In this document: piece by piece, positions 10,371 through 24,100 of the stretch
Layout: each line of letters begins with the position of its first letter
How positions within the stretch are numbered: position 1 is the first letter of the stretch
Assembly: GCA_043228905.1 (NCBI GenBank)
Contig: JBHGNT010000002.1
Coordinates: 11,532,001 to 11,596,000, forward strand
Length of the DNA: 64,000 nt
Source of the DNA: Azolla caroliniana
Lineage: Eukaryota; Plantae; Polypodiophyta
Reading direction: 5' to 3'
Position numbers and translations under genes: made by a program
Notes under the pieces: model-generated
Database searches by the model: none
Told to the model about the DNA's origin: nothing
Seen by the model: only the letters and a program-made list of their open reading frames with translations

Positions 10371-11018
10371 TGTCCTGAAGAAAACCGTCCCTTAGCGCAA
10401 TCGGTGCATAGCGCGCGTGAACCGGCTCTTCACGCGTGCGCGCCCTTAATGTATATAATAGGGAATTAGGTACATAGGTATATCCTAGGTAGTTAGATTC
10501 GGTAGGTAGGAAGTAAATGAGGGAGACGGCTCCCTTCTTGACGCTATAAAGGAGAGGGAGACGCAGGGAGAAGGGATCGCGCATTGAGGAGGACGAAGTG
10601 CTGTCGGACCGTAACCGAACGCTTCTCCTCTGTTTGTTCTCTATTGCTCTTCTTTGCAGGTTTTCGGGAGGCTCGCGCTGCTTCGAAGAACGCCCGTGTG
10701 CTTCCGGCAGCACCTCCATCCTATCCCCTTTCGTGCGCAGACGACCAGGCATCGACATCTGTTCGCCGGCCTGTTCGGTTGTAACCGCTCGCGTGCTCTG
10801 TTGTTTTTGTGTCACTTGTTAATATACAAACATTCGTGTCTCTCTGTCTCTGTGTCCATTCGTCTCTTCTGCGTTGACGGGTCGTGTCCCTGTGTTTCTT
10901 TGCTCATACGTAATCGGTCGTTTCTCTCTTTCTCTTTCCCTTCCTATCACCTGCGCTTCGGTTCAAGACCCCGGTGGTCCCGCCTCGTTTCTCCACGCAC
11001 GCGCGTAATAACACGACA
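10371..11018 (+). repeat. 5' LTR of gypsy element
   Basis: Matches 14857-15504 with roughly 20-25 substitutions by eye; internal TATAAA. Confidence 0.95.
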
Positions 11019-11022
11019 TATT

Positions 11023-11040
11023 TGGTGAACCCAACGTGAA
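11023..11040 (+). promoter_or_regulatory. primer binding site complementary to tRNA-Trp 3' end
   Basis: TGGTGAACCCAACGTGAA resembles the complement of plant tRNA-Trp (..TTCACGTCGGGTTCACCA); the same motif follows the LTR at 22671. Confidence 0.75.
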
Positions 11041-11792
11041 ACAGGCGGTAGAGGAGCAGAAGATGAGGGGGTCGGATCTTGCAGAGGCCATGGCTTCGGC
11101 CGTGGACTGGATAGTGAGCGTGCGTGAGGGCACCGGCGCCCTTGACAGGGCTATTGAGGCGATCGTCGGTATGATCGGCCGGTTCAGTGGAAAGGATGCC
11201 ACGAGTTATTTGGCGTCCTACCGGGCAGAGATGTTGATGAGGGATATTCCGGAAGAGAGGCGTCTTGCCGGATTCCCTCGAGTGGCGATGCCGGGCATCC
11301 ATGCAGAGGCCTTCGCCGGAAGGTCGATCTACTCGGTCGGTGATCTGTACTCGGGGTACGATCAATTCCAACTAGCTGTAGAGAGCAGAGACATTACGAC
11401 GATGCGGACTCCTCTCGGCCTAGTGCGGATGTGTACCCTGCCACAAGGAGGGACGAACTCGGTGGCCCACATGGTGAATGCGATGAACAACGTGCTAAGG
11501 GATTGTATCCCGGACATCACCATGCCGTTCTTGGACGATATCTCGATCAAGGGATGTCCGGTGGAAGACAAGGACGAAACGATCGGACCAGACAGATGCC
11601 GGAAATTCGTGGCGACACACGTTGACGACTGCGAGAGGGTGCTGCAGAGGCTAGAGGACGCGAGGCTCACCTTCTCCGGGGAGAAATCGGCCTTCGGGCA
11701 ATCAGAGATCATGGTCGTCGGACATCTATGCGGACCGTATGGCCGGAAACCGTCTCCGGCTAAGGTGGAAGCCATCTCCACAATGGAGCCGA

Positions 11793-12701
11793 GGACCGGA
11801 TCGGTTGGGACCGATTGGTTAGGCCGAGTGCGTAAACCGGGAGGCTGTTAGGAAAGATATTCCGTGAGGAATATATTTGGGAGTTAGTGTAGGAGCTCTT
11901 GATGAGCATTGAAGTATTGTCAGTACTTCGGTCAGTCCTTCCAAGACTTGTATAAAAGTGTTCACTGAGCACGTCTTATGTACAGACTGAGTATTATTAT
12001 TGAATATAGTTTTTCGTGTTTCTCTCTCTGTCTCTCCTGCGTATACTGTGTAAGCCCAAGCTCTCCATTGAACCTGAGTTTCCTTCCTCTGTTTTGTCTT
12101 CATACTTGCTTCCGCACGCTACTTTCTACACTTCCATAGTTGGAAGGCAGTCCAACACGATTGCACCGTAAAGTACACGGACTCCGATAGGTGCATTCGA
12201 ATAGTGGTTCGAACAATTCTGTCGAGCTTCTCCTATTCAAGCAGCTTGTATCCTTCTGGAGCATTTTCGTTTTCGATGGGGTCAATTTGCCCCTTGACTA
12301 TTAAATAATCTTTCATCTACTCCTTCTAGAAGTTGAAGTTCGAGCCGTCAAACTTCCTTAGACTCATCTCTGATGAGTCGGATGTTGATGTCATTTGTGT
12401 CGATTTTGGGAGGCTTTGATCGGGGTTGGCTACGAACAGTGGTTGGGTGCAGCAGACTAGCTCCCCTGAATTTGTTCTAGTCGAGTTTGAACACAAGCTG
12501 AATCTTATTCAAAATTCGGGAGACTCGATCCGAAGTGACTACAGCTGACCAGCCTAGTCGAGTTGGACCCGAGTATGTCGATTCAATTTTGAATGTCGAT
12601 TTCTAAACATAGAGTATGTGTCGATTATCCAAGCTGATCCTGCTTCGGGTGACTACGACAATGAGAAGAATAGATTCAGCTAAGCTTTTCGAATGTTGTC
12701 T
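11793..12701. mobile_element. foreign insert in gypsy RT: LTR-like segment (about 11846-12157) plus decayed copia gag 5' fragment on the minus strand
   Basis: Minus strand reads MSLRKFDGSNFNF*KE*MKDYLIVKGQ..IRMHLSESVYFTVQ; gggaggc|TGTT...AACA segment with TATA; flanked by a 23-bp near-direct repeat. Confidence 0.6.
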
Positions 12702-14856
12702 AGCCGTCTCCACAATGAAGCCGACTGTAACTCGGTCACAGAGGTATGGAGGTTCTTGGGAGCATGCGCGTTCTACCACATATGGATCCCGCACTACGCC
12801 CATGTTGCCGAGCCGCTATACGGGTTTCTAAAAAAGGGGCGAAAATTCGAGTGGCGAGACGAGCATACGGAGTCGGTCCGAAAGATGAAGGAGGCTCTTG
12901 CTGCAAGTCCGGCGCTCTGGAAGGCTGTCTACGAGAAAGTTACTCCCATCTACTTAACGGTAGATACAAGTCCGACCGGGATGGGATGGGTCGTCAACCA
13001 AGAAGATGAGGACGGCATTCGGTTCCCAATCCGGTTCAACACGAAGGTCCTCAGCGAGCGACAGCGAGGATACGCCCAGGTTAAATGCGAACTCTGGGGT
13101 ATCGTTTTGGCGGTAAAGGCCGATAAGGACTATCTGATCGGGACAGAGGTGATTATCGAGACGGACTGCCTGCCGATTCTCGGCATGGTTTCCGGATGCG
13201 CAACCCCGGACCTGGCAATGCTCAGGTGGATAGCGTACATCAAGTCCCTGGATCCGGAAATACGACACATTTCCGGGAAAGACAATGCCATGGCCGACAT
13301 GATTTCGAGGGCGTGATTCGACGACGAGGGTGGCATGGTTTCGGAGGACGAGGAAGTCGGCGTGGACTTCTTCGAGGCGGCTTACGTAACAGCCGAGGGG
13401 GGGGGCACTCCGGCGCTTAACAATTTTAACGAGAGCAAGTACAATGGGGAGTGGCTGCAAATTGGGGGATTCTTAAGGACGATGACGCCGGACGCGTCAT
13501 GGAAGAAGGACGAGGCCAACCGGATCCGGAAGAAAGCATACCGATTCTTTCTCCGGGACGGATACTTGTGGAAGCACCCGAAGAAGAGAAACGGCATCCC
13601 GCTCCGAGTGGTGGCGATGAAAGAGGAACAGGAGGAGTTGCTGAAGGCCTACCATGACAGCCCCTGGGCTAAACACCGTGGGACGTGGGCCACGTTCGAG
13701 AAACTAAAGGGGAAGTACTGGTGGTCGGGGCTGTACCGGGACGTGCATCGGTTCGTGACAACTTGTAAGAGCTGTCAGATGCACTCCATAGTCCGGCATC
13801 GGGACAAGCTTCACCCTACTTACCCTCCGGCCATCCATTTCAAATGGATGGTAGATTTGGTGACGATGTCGATGGGCGTAGGGCAGATGCGATATCTGGT
13901 GTTGGCCCGGGAGGACCTGACGAACCAGGTGGAAGGCCGAGCCCTGCAGAACAAAACGACCGCGGCCGTGTGTCAGTTCTTGATCGAGGACGTGATATGC
14001 CGGTACGGGTGCGTCGGGAAGATCGTGGCTGACCGCGGGGAGTTGGACGCCGAAGAGGCCGAGGAGCTGTTCGACCGGCTAGGGGTCAAGCTCTCGCTCA
14101 CCACAACATACAATCCGGAGGCGAACGGGAAGGTGGAGCGCGGACACGGACCGATCGTCAAAGCGCTAGTCCGGGCGTGCGAAGGCCAGGTCGAGAACTG
14201 GCCACGACTGTTACCCTATGCCTTGTGGGTGGACCGGACAACGCACAGTTCGGTAACCGGGGTCACGCCGTCAGAGCTCATGTTCGGACAGAAGCCGATC
14301 ATGCCGATGGAACGGACGATCTCCTCTTGGGCGACAGTAGACTGGAGAGACGAGATGAGTCGGGAAGAACTGCTAGCGGCGCGTATACGGCAGCTCGAGC
14401 GGAGGCCAGAGGACGTGGAACAAGCGGCGGAGAGACTTCGGACGGCGAGGAAAGCCCGGTTCGATTGAACGCACCGGCTCCAACCGAAGAAAATCGAGGA
14501 AGGCGACTGGGTGCTAGTCTACGACAGCAGCCTCGACAACCAGCACCGAGCAACACGGAAGTTTGCAAAGCGGTGGTTCGGGCCTTACGTGATAACGAGC
14601 GCCAACAACAACGGGACGTATCACCTGGCGGAACTCGACGGTACGAGGATGGCGATACCGGTGGCAGGGAAGCGGATCAAAGCGTTCAAGAAGCGCCACG
14701 ATGGCGAACCGGATCTAAGAGGCCTGGACAGCAAAGACGAACAGTCTGAAACGGAGGACGAACCGATGGGCGAGGAACCGGAACCCGGACTGGTTTTCTC
14801 CAACCAGAACCCAATTTTGGCGCATACCGGTGGATGCGCGGTTAGGTGGGGGCGGA

Positions 14857-15504
14857 TGTCGTGAAGAAAACCGTCCCTTAGCGCAATCGGTGCATAGCGC
14901 GCGTGAACCGGCTCTTCATGTGTGTGCGCCCTTAATGTATATAATAGGGAATTAGGTACATAGGTATATCCTAGGTAGTTAGATTCGGTAGGTAGGAAGT
15001 AAATGAGGGAGACGGCTCCCTTCTTGACGCTATAAAGGAGAGGGAGACGCAGGGAGAAGGGATCGCGCATTGAGGAGGACGAAGTGTTGTCGGACCGTAA
15101 CCGAACGCTTCTCCTCTGTTTGTTCTCTATTGCTCTTCTTTGCAGGTTTTCGGGAGGCTCGCGCTGCTTCGAGGAATGCCTGTGTGCTTCCGGAAGCACC
15201 TCCATCCTATCCCCTTTCGTGCGCAAACGAGCAGGCATCGGCATCTGTTCGCCGACCTGTTCGGTTGTAACCGCTCACGTGCTCTGTTGTTTTTGTGTCA
15301 CTTGTTAATATACAAACATTCGTGTCTCTCTGTCTCTCTGTCCATTCGTGTCTTCTGCGTTGACGGGTCGTGTCCCTGTGTTTCTTTGCTCATACGTAAC
15401 CAGTCGTTTCTCTCTTTCTCTTTCCCCTCCTATCACCTGCTCTTCGGTTCAAGACCCCGGTGGTCCCGCCTCGTTTCTCCACGCACGCGCGTAACAACGC
15501 GACA
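14857..15504 (+). repeat. 3' LTR of gypsy element
   Basis: Follows PPT; same length as 5' LTR. Confidence 0.95.
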
Positions 15505-15521
15505 TATTTGGTCTCCAAATA

Positions 15522-16201
15522 TGTCGCGTTGCTACGCGCGTGCGTGGAGAAGGGCGGGACCACGGGGGTCTTGGACTAAGGAGTAGAGGAGAAGGAATCG
15601 GACATGGAATGGAAGCTTTGCTCAAGAAGAAGAAGAATGAACAAGAGATTAGATCGAACAAGATGTATTAAAACGAAATGAACGATTACAAAATGGTGGC
15701 CACATAGGCCGCACCAAATGACTACTCAAAACACTAACCGACGAAGATGAAGATAAAGGTAAAGAAACCCTAACCCTAACCCTAACGCTCGACCTACGTG
15801 GTATACCTCGCACACTCAAAATAGGCAACCCCCACAATGGTGCCTTCCCTCTCCTTTTATAGCACAAGGAGGGAAGACCGTTCACAAAAATGAGACTAAA
15901 ATATCCCCTTTCATTCAAAGGGGATATTTGCCTTGATTTGGGGAAGGGTGAGATTGATGGCCCCTTAACTCCCACCTCCTCACAAACAACTAGGTACCTA
16001 TGTACTGCATAGTACCTCTCTCTCTCTCTCGCGTGGATGTGCGCACAAGACCACATCGCCTTTATACCTTAGGGATCTTATGGGCATTTCCCTTTTCCCC
16101 TATTATTATTACAAATACATTATGTACGTGTGCAACTTTGCACATCGCTCTTTGGCTCTCGTTGCTCGGGTTTCCGCTCATGGACGAAAATCTTCACGAC
16201 A
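15522..16201 (-). repeat. inverted solo LTR of a related gypsy family (680 bp)
   Basis: Minus strand starts TGTCGTGAAG and ends ..gcgcgtagcaacgcgaCA followed by tatttgg, the same termini as the neighbouring LTRs with a different interior. Confidence 0.85.
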
Positions 16202-18355
16202 ACGTGCACATCCCCGACGAGAAGCGTCAAAAGCTCGACCCGAAATCGGAGAAATGTATCCTCGTAGGATACTCATTGGAGCAAAAGGGGTACAAGTGCT
16301 ACAACCCCTCAACTCGAAAATCTTGGGTAAGTCGAGACGTCGTCTTTGACGAATCCGCATCCTGGTACGCACCAAAGACAACTTCAACTCCGACCCTGCT
16401 CGACCCGGAATCCACCGAACAAGAGGTAGAGGATGAAGATCACCTTACGCGCATGTTCGAAGAAAGTCCGATCACGACCCGACTGAGCGAACCACAAGAG
16501 CCTTTGAGCGATCAAAGCACATCATGGCCTAGCCCGAAGATGGACAAAGGCAAGGCGAAAATGGCGGAATATGAAGACGATTGCTTCGACGACGATGAAT
16601 CGACTCACTCATTTGACAGTGAGTTCGGCGGTTTCGAGGTACCAATTGGAGCTAAGAAAGCCCTCATCTCTGCAAATGAAAAACTCCGTCGATCCACCCG
16701 TGAAAAGAACCCCGTAAGCCGATTCGGCTACAACGATTATATGGCGTACCATTACGCCTTTATGATGAAGGTAGTGACAGTACGGGAGCCGGAAACCTTT
16801 TCGGAAGCCGCAAAGGACCCGCGATGGATCGAAGCAATGAACAAGGAGATGCAGGCACTACGGAAGAACAAGACGTGGGATCTCGTTCCCACCTCACCAC
16901 ACAAAAAGGCGATCGGATGCAGATGGATCTACAAGGTGAAGTATAACGCCGATGGCTCCGTAAACCACTACAAAGCTCGACTCGTAGTGAAAGGATACGC
17001 TTAGACACATGGCGTCGACTACGAAGAGACCTTTGCCCCGGTGGCAAAGATGACAACGGTGTGGACCGTAATTGCGCTTGCCGCGGCGAAAGGGTGGCAC
17101 CTCCATCAAATGGACGTCAAGAATGCCTTTCTACAAGGTGAATTAGAAGAGGAGGTGTACATGATACAACCACCCGGCTTCAACTCGAGCACCCATCCAA
17201 AAGCTGTATGCCGACTCAAGAAGCCACTCTACGGCCTCAAGCAAGCACCGCGTGCTTGGCATTCCAAGATAACTTAATATCTTCATCAAATCGGCTTCCG
17301 TATGTCAAAATCGGACAACTCCCTCTACATACGAAGCGATTCCGCAAGTCCGATCGTCATCATTTTATATGTGGATGACCTAGTCATTGGAGGTGAGCAT
17401 CTCGTCGAAATCAATAAGGTCAAATCCCTCCTTTCCGACAAGTTCGAGATGATGAACATGAAGGAGCTCCACTACTTCCTCGGCATCGAGGTAATTCGGA
17501 CTCCGGCCGGAATCATGATCTCTCAACGACACTACATCCTCAACTTGTTATTCAAGTTCGGGATGGCTGAGTGCAAATCCGTGGCAACCCCGCTCGATCG
17601 TAATCTCAAACTGGATGCGAACTCCGGCACCAAAGCATGTGAGCCGACTCAGTATCGACAACTCATCGGGAGTCTCATCTACCTTACCATCACTCGACCC
17701 GATCTCAGTTATCCGGTCGGTCTCCTTAGCCAATTCATGCAAACACCGCGTGATACTCACTTGGATTGCGCTAAGCGAGTTCTACGGTACGTGAGCAGCA
17801 CAATGGATTGCGGCATCCTCTACAAGACCACGATGCCAATACGACTCGAGGGGTACACAGACGCCGATTGGGCCGGCTACAAAGCCGATAGAAGATCAAC
17901 CTCTGGATTTGTTTTCTCCCTTGGCAGCGGAGCAATATCCTGGAGTAGCACGAAGCAGCCCACCGTCGCTCTTTCGAGTACGGAGGCGGAATACAGGGGG
18001 CGCAGCCGTAGTTGCGTGTGAAGCGGTATGGCTCAAGAGGATTTTGAAGGATCTGGGCGTACCCATCAAGGATCCGACTTCCCTTTACTGCGACAACATG
18101 AGCAGTATCTATCTGGCTCGAAACCCGGTGTTCCACGCGAGGACAAAGCACATCAAAGTGCACTATCACTTCATCCAAGAGTGCGTTCTGGCTGGCGATG
18201 TCGACATACAACACATAAGCACCAATCTTCAAACGGCCGACATCTTCACTAAAGCCTTAGGAGCCGACAAGCTATGGCAATTCATGACCGATCTCGGATT
18301 GACGATCCTTGATCTGCCAAGCTTGAGGGGGAGTACTGAAGACACTACACAATAA
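16202..18355 (+). pseudogene. copia pol, integrase C-terminus, RT and RNase H (stops at about 17002 and 17275, frameshift near 18000)
   Basis: ORFs 16000-17004, 17041-17277, 17302-18021 and 17909-18355 carry consecutive copia motifs. Confidence 0.92.
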
Positions 18356-18583
18356 CGCGTAGATTCTGCAACCACACACCATAGCAGCAAAGAGCCGATC
18401 TACCGCGCAAAGCCGCGAAGAAAGACGCAAGCCGAAGCACAGACTTCGTAACTACGCACAACGCAAGCTAGAGCACGGATTCCGCAATTCCGCATAAAGC
18501 GAGTCGACGCGGACTCCCGAACGTGAATTGAAGCGGATTTCACATACCGTCTGAAACCAACCCAACTTGAGCTTGAGGGGGCG

Positions 18584-18968
18584 TGTTGAGAATCAAGCTC
18601 AACTTGGTCTAGTGTGTGAACTCACCTTGAGAGTGAAGAGACACCTCAACGGTCAAGAGTCACCATTATGTCACCGCTTTGTATTCTAGCATTTAGTATG
18701 AGTCATAGAATCATATTCTATGACACATAACTTATGAGCTTTCACATTCCCCATGCTCCATGAGCCTTGTAGTTAATGAAGAGAGAGGGTGACTACATAA
18801 AGCACCCTCCTCCCACCTTGTATAATGTTGAGTCTTTCTCCTTTGTCAATATACCTTTACCTTGCGTATTCCTTGTCTCTCTCACTCACTCACTCTGTCT
18901 CTCTCATATACACACACATAACTCATATCACTTCCGCTTCACAAGAATCAATCTCTTGATTCTTTACA
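18584..18968 (+). repeat. copia 3' LTR
   Basis: PPT ttgagggggcg, then TGTTGAG...TTACA; gypsy RT sequence resumes immediately after. Confidence 0.8.
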
Positions 18969-21181
18969 CGGACGCGTTCCCCTTACCCTTCACCGATAGT
19001 GTACTAGACGCGGTCGCGGGCCATGACATGTATAACTTTCTAGATGGTTTTAACGGATACAATCAGGTATGCATGCACCCTGACGACCAGGAGAAGACTG
19101 TGTTCGTCACAGATTGGGGTCTTTCCGTCGTTGTGGTCATGATGTTTGGGCTAAAGACGGCGCTTGCCACTTTCCATCAGACAATTACAGAGATTTTTGG
19201 GGAGTACATACCTGCCTTTATGCAAGTCTTTCTCGATGGTTTCGCGGTATATGGAACACGAAGTGAACATTTGGGCCATCTCCGAGTTTGTTTGGAGCGT
19301 TGTCGTACGTCACGCCTCAACCTTAATCCAGCCAAATGTGCATTCAGCGTCACCAGTGGGGCACTTCTCGGACACATCGTAAGCAAGGAAGGGATAGCTA
19401 TGGATCTGAACAAAATCACAACAATCATTCAAGCAAAGATTCCTACTAATGCCAAAACCCTTAGCCACTTCCTAGGTCAAATACGTTGGCATAGCCGCAT
19501 GTTACGGTACTTGGCGGATTTTGCGATCCCATTACACGTTGTCGTACATCAAACTTCCTTCAAGTGGACGACAATAGAAGAGAAAGCCTACGACACACTC
19601 AAGATAACGTTAACCCAAGCACCGGTCGTACAACCATCGGATTGGGCTAAATAAACCTTTTCACGTCTTTGTGGATGCCTCGGATATAGCAATAGGCAGC
19701 GCATTGATGCAACTCACATAGCCGAATTGGTACAAACCGGTCTATTACGCCAGTCATAAGTTATCAATTGTCGAGAGGAACTACTCCACAACCGAACGAG
19801 AAGCCTTGGGGATGGTATATAGCATCAAAAAATTCCGGCATTATTTACTAAGGCACAAATTTACATTTCACGTAGATCACGCGGCGTTATTGTATCAAGT
19901 TGATAAACATGCACTGACAGGGAAGCTGGCTAGATGGATGCTGCTGCTCTAGGAGTTCGATTTTGCAATTCAGCATCAGCCAGGCACGAAGCATGCCGTA
20001 GCTGATTTCTTAAGCAGAGTGGATAATGGAGATTACTGTGGTGAGGGACGATGACAACTTTCATGACGCTGACATTCTGAGGATCGCAACTATGGTGTCA
20101 CAGGCATAAAAGAATTTTCTAGATCATTGGCTGGTGGAAATGACGTACTTTTTTACCACGGAACTACCACCTCCGCAACTAAAGACGAATGAAAAGAAAC
20201 GATTGGTTGTCCGCAGTCGTAACTTTTGCATGGTCAAAGGAGTACTTTACCATAAGGGTAGCGATGGGATCTGGCGACGCAGGATACACCAGGATGAAAA
20301 AGAAGTCGTTCTACGCGTAGGTCATTGCGGTACGGTCGGGGGACATTACACGGGCGATGTTACGGCCCAAAAAATATGGCAAGCAGGTTTATGGTGGCCA
20401 ACTACGCAAAAAGACATGTATCAATACTGTCGATAGTGTGATCTATGTCAACGGTTGGGGCAACCTGCGAAGCTCGCAAAGATGCCGCACCAACCGGTTC
20501 TACCGTTGGATCCATTCCAAAAATGGGGTCTGGATTTTGTCGGCCCCTTTACGTCGGCAGCAACACAGACTGGCAATAAGTACATTCTCGTAGCCATGGA
20601 TTACTACACTAAGTGGGTAGAAGCAAAAGCGTTACGAGATAATACGACGGCATCCACAGTAAAAATTTCTTTATGAATACATTTGGTGTCGTTTTGGTTG
20701 CCCAATCGAGCTGATTAGTGATCATGGGAGCCACTTTCTGAATTCGGTCATCTATGAGCTAACACACCATTACGTCGTAGTTCATAAGAAGAGCACGCCA
20801 TATTACCCGCAGCCGAATGGTTTAGCGGAGTCCACGAACAAGACATTACAGACCATAATGAAAAAGATCATGAATGAGAATAGAACAGACTGGGATACCA
20901 AGTTGCACAGCGCTTTGCGGGCATATCGGACGAGTTACAAAACCAACATATAGTCCACACCTTTCTGGCTAGTGTTTGGGTTAGAAGCCGTAATGCCCAT
21001 CGAATTCCCGGTGCCCAATCTGAGGATTCAGGTATGAGACCGACTATTAGAAGGCAAGTCCGAGCAAATACAGCTACAACAACTTCTTGAATTAGGCGAG
21101 GCTCGGGTCCATAGTATGGCCACACTTGAGCAAGAGCAGTGACGACGTAAAGCGTTTGTGGATCGACATCGGGGCACACGG
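18969..21181 (+). pseudogene. decayed Ty3/gypsy pol (RT, RNase H, integrase), host of the copia insertion
   Basis: [49 protein letters not shown]; many stops and frameshifts. Confidence 0.9.
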
Positions 21182-24100
21182 TGTCGTGAAGATTCCGAGC
21201 CACAGGTGGAATGAAGGTGAAACGCACGGGAGCACTGGTGTGCACGAGTGCACACCCCTAGTGAATTAAATAGTGTAATTACTAGGCATAGGTAGTTCAG
21301 GCATTAATAGGGATTCAGACATCGCGTAAGTAGGGAGAGTTACGAGGAGAGCGAATCAGGGGGGAGAATCTAGGAAGGGAAAGCGACAAGTCATGAATGC
21401 CTTGTAACGGTCGCTCCTTGTGCTATAAAAGGGGCAACCTTTGATAGTTAGAAGGGATGTCATTTTGGGGGAAGTAATTGAGAGAGGAGAAAGGGAACAG
21501 GGAGGAGACCAGATGAGGAGTCCTACGACAGATCACCGGAAGGCCCTTCCCCTGCTCGCATCAGACGGCCGAGTGCTCCCGACTAGCAATGCGCCCGGTT
21601 TCGGCTCAAACCGAACCGAACCGAAAAACCGTGGCTTAACGGTTTATAGGTTCAAAGATAACGAAACAGTTTGGTTTGGTTTCAAATGTTACTAATCGGT
21701 TTTGGTTCGGTTTTGAATTGACCGGTTTAGTGGTTTCTATTTATGTGGTTCGGTTTAAAGGTTTAAAGGTTAAAAAATACTCATAAATATTTTCTATAAG
21801 CTATAACTTTCAACTTTTAATTTTAAACTCTTGTTTTAACTTATTAAATTTTATATGTATTATATGTAGAGTCTCTTTTTCATTTATGATGATAAATTAT
21901 GATAAGTATGATGATCAAATTTATGATTAGTATGATGACAAAAATTATGATAAGTATGATGACAAATTTTATAATAAGTATGATGACAAAATTTATGATG
22001 AATAAATTTATGATGATTTTCTCACACAAATTTATAATAAGTATAATGATTAATATCAATAAAAAATGGTTTGGTTTGGTTTTTATTTATGATAAACTAG
22101 TTTAGTTTGGTTTTAAATTTTTCGTAAACGGTTTGGTTTCTCCTATGCTTTAAATGGTTTGGTTTACTGGTTCGGCTCTAAACGGTTCGGTTTAAATGGC
22201 TTCATAAATTTTAAAACAGTTTGGTTCGGTTTTTTTTATTAATAAATGGTTTGGTTTGGTTTGGTTTCAAGGCCAAGAAACCGAACCGAACCGGGCCCAT
22301 TGCTACTCCCAACCAGGGATCGACCTTCTGTGAGCCTACTCCACTTTGTGTCTGACTACTGTAGAGCCTACACTCGACCACCAACACTGATTTGGTTGTA
22401 ATCACCCACAGCGCTACGCGCATATATCGATTAATAAAAACTTATCTGCCGAACGCAAGTTGTTCTTAGCTTCTCTGTCTACACCCGTGTCTACACACGA
22501 TCCTCTTACACTATTATCTCTCTCGTTTCGTTAACCTTCTCTGTTTAAACCGCGGTCTCAGGGCTCACGTAAACCACAGACTCTTCCTCCTCATTTCTTG
22601 ATTCCTTGGTTCAAGACCCCCGCGGTCCTGCCCAACTTCTACGCATACGCGAGGATTTTCTCGACATCTTTGGTGAACCCAACGTGAATAGGTGGCAAGG
22701 GAGAAAGAGGATGGAAGATGAAGACATCACGGAAGTAATGGTGAGGATGGTGAGGGATTTTGCAAGGCAAAGAGAGAGACGAGACGAGGCATACAAGTAT
22801 GATCGATGTGAGTTCGGTCTATGGGTAGCATCGACGAAGGCTCCTTGGAGCGCAATGAAAGCATTCTGAGAGTTCGAGCATCGTTTTGCTCAACTCTCTG
22901 ACCGGGATCGAAGATCGGTGGGGGTGGACAAGGTCTTACTATTTTTAAAGTCGGTCGATGAAAAGGGGAGAATGGCCATTTTATCCGAACTCGAAGACGA
23001 TGAAGGGGTGTACGGCCTCACCGAGGATTGGAACGAGGTAGAGAGGGTATGCCAATGACACGAGGAGATGCAGTCGTCCGCAACACGGCCCGCAAGCGGC
23101 AGCGAAAGGAGGATGGTGAGTGACTACGTGTCACCGCCAACAGAGGAAAGCTCACCGCGGAATGGTTTGGTGGAGCTCGACATCGAAGCATTGGTACGGG
23201 AAGCGTACGAGATCGTGAAGGCACAAATCGAAGCCAAAGAAGGGTCTACTATGGAGACAAGCTGGAGACAATCGGAGGATGCGGAGGAAGAAACCTCCCT
23301 ATGCGTGGACGACGGGCCCTATGTGGAGGCCGAAAGAGCGTACAACGGTGACATGGGAGAGGGTGCAGAGCGAGCCACCCTCTCGTCTTGCGGGAAAAGG
23401 ACGACCACGGATAAGGCCGGGAACTACAGAGCAATGAACACCACTTCAAGAGTGGGCATAAGTTTCGGGACGCGATTGCCCGAAACATTCTACGAGGAGG
23501 TAGCAAGCATAATTGAGGCTTGCGGAATCGAGGAAGAGATAGCCACGGACCACGACGTCCAAACGAAGGTGGCTACGAACATGACATCGACGAACATGAC
23601 TTTTCCCACACCTATTCTAGAGACTTCGACGGTCGGCCCCGAGAGCCCACGTGAGACCGGAGAGACGGAAGGTGGTGGCGGCAAAGTGGGCAACCAAGAC
23701 GATGACGAGGAGAACGAGGAAGAGGAGGAGGCAAGCATAATTGAGGCTTGCGTAATCGGGGACGGGGTAGCCGCGGACAACGACGCCCGAACGGAGGTGG
23801 CTACAGACACAATGAGTGGTGGTGTCGGGACCTTACCCACACCGGTTCTAGCGACTCTGGCGGCCGGCCCGAGTGCCGGTGTGAGACCTAGAGTGACGGA
23901 CAGTGGCGACGACAAGGTGGGTGACCAAAATGACGACGAGGAAGGTCATAACGGACGGAGGAGAGACCCCGACACCGAGACCGGAGACTACGGCGGTCGC
24001 GCTCGAGTGCGGACATAAGACTAGAGAGATGGGCGCTGGTCGTGATGAGGTGTGGCCCGGAGCGGGCACATACGAAGAGGATGCGAGGCCCAGGACGAGC

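Larger units (their letters stand above)
10371..15504 (+). mobile_element. Ty3/gypsy LTR retrotransposon with internal gag-RT deletion
   Basis: Two 648-bp LTRs (10371-11018, 14857-15504; TG..CA), PBS near 11023, PPT ggtgggggcgga, then gag fragment, RT (DLYSGYDQ, PFLDD), RNase H (VDTS, ETDC, DNAMAD) and integrase (H..H..C..C, DRGE, NPEANGKVE). Confidence 0.93.
1..18968 (+). mobile_element. Ty1/copia LTR retrotransposon (5' end outside window), interrupted by two nested insertions
   Basis: Domain order protease (WFVVSGASNHMT) - GAG-pre-integrase (LWHKRIGH, CEAC) - integrase (HSDVWGP, DD, RSDG) - RT ([15 protein letters not shown]) - RNase H (YTDADWA, CDN, ADIFTK). Integrase text AEAVNTVV|YLMNRC and GSIAYV|HIPDEKR rejoins across the two insertions. 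PPT and 3' LTR follow. Confidence 0.95.

Noticed and set aside
10336-11028. Duplicated ORFs here and at 14621-15586
   Set aside because: They are the two LTR copies; no protein motifs.
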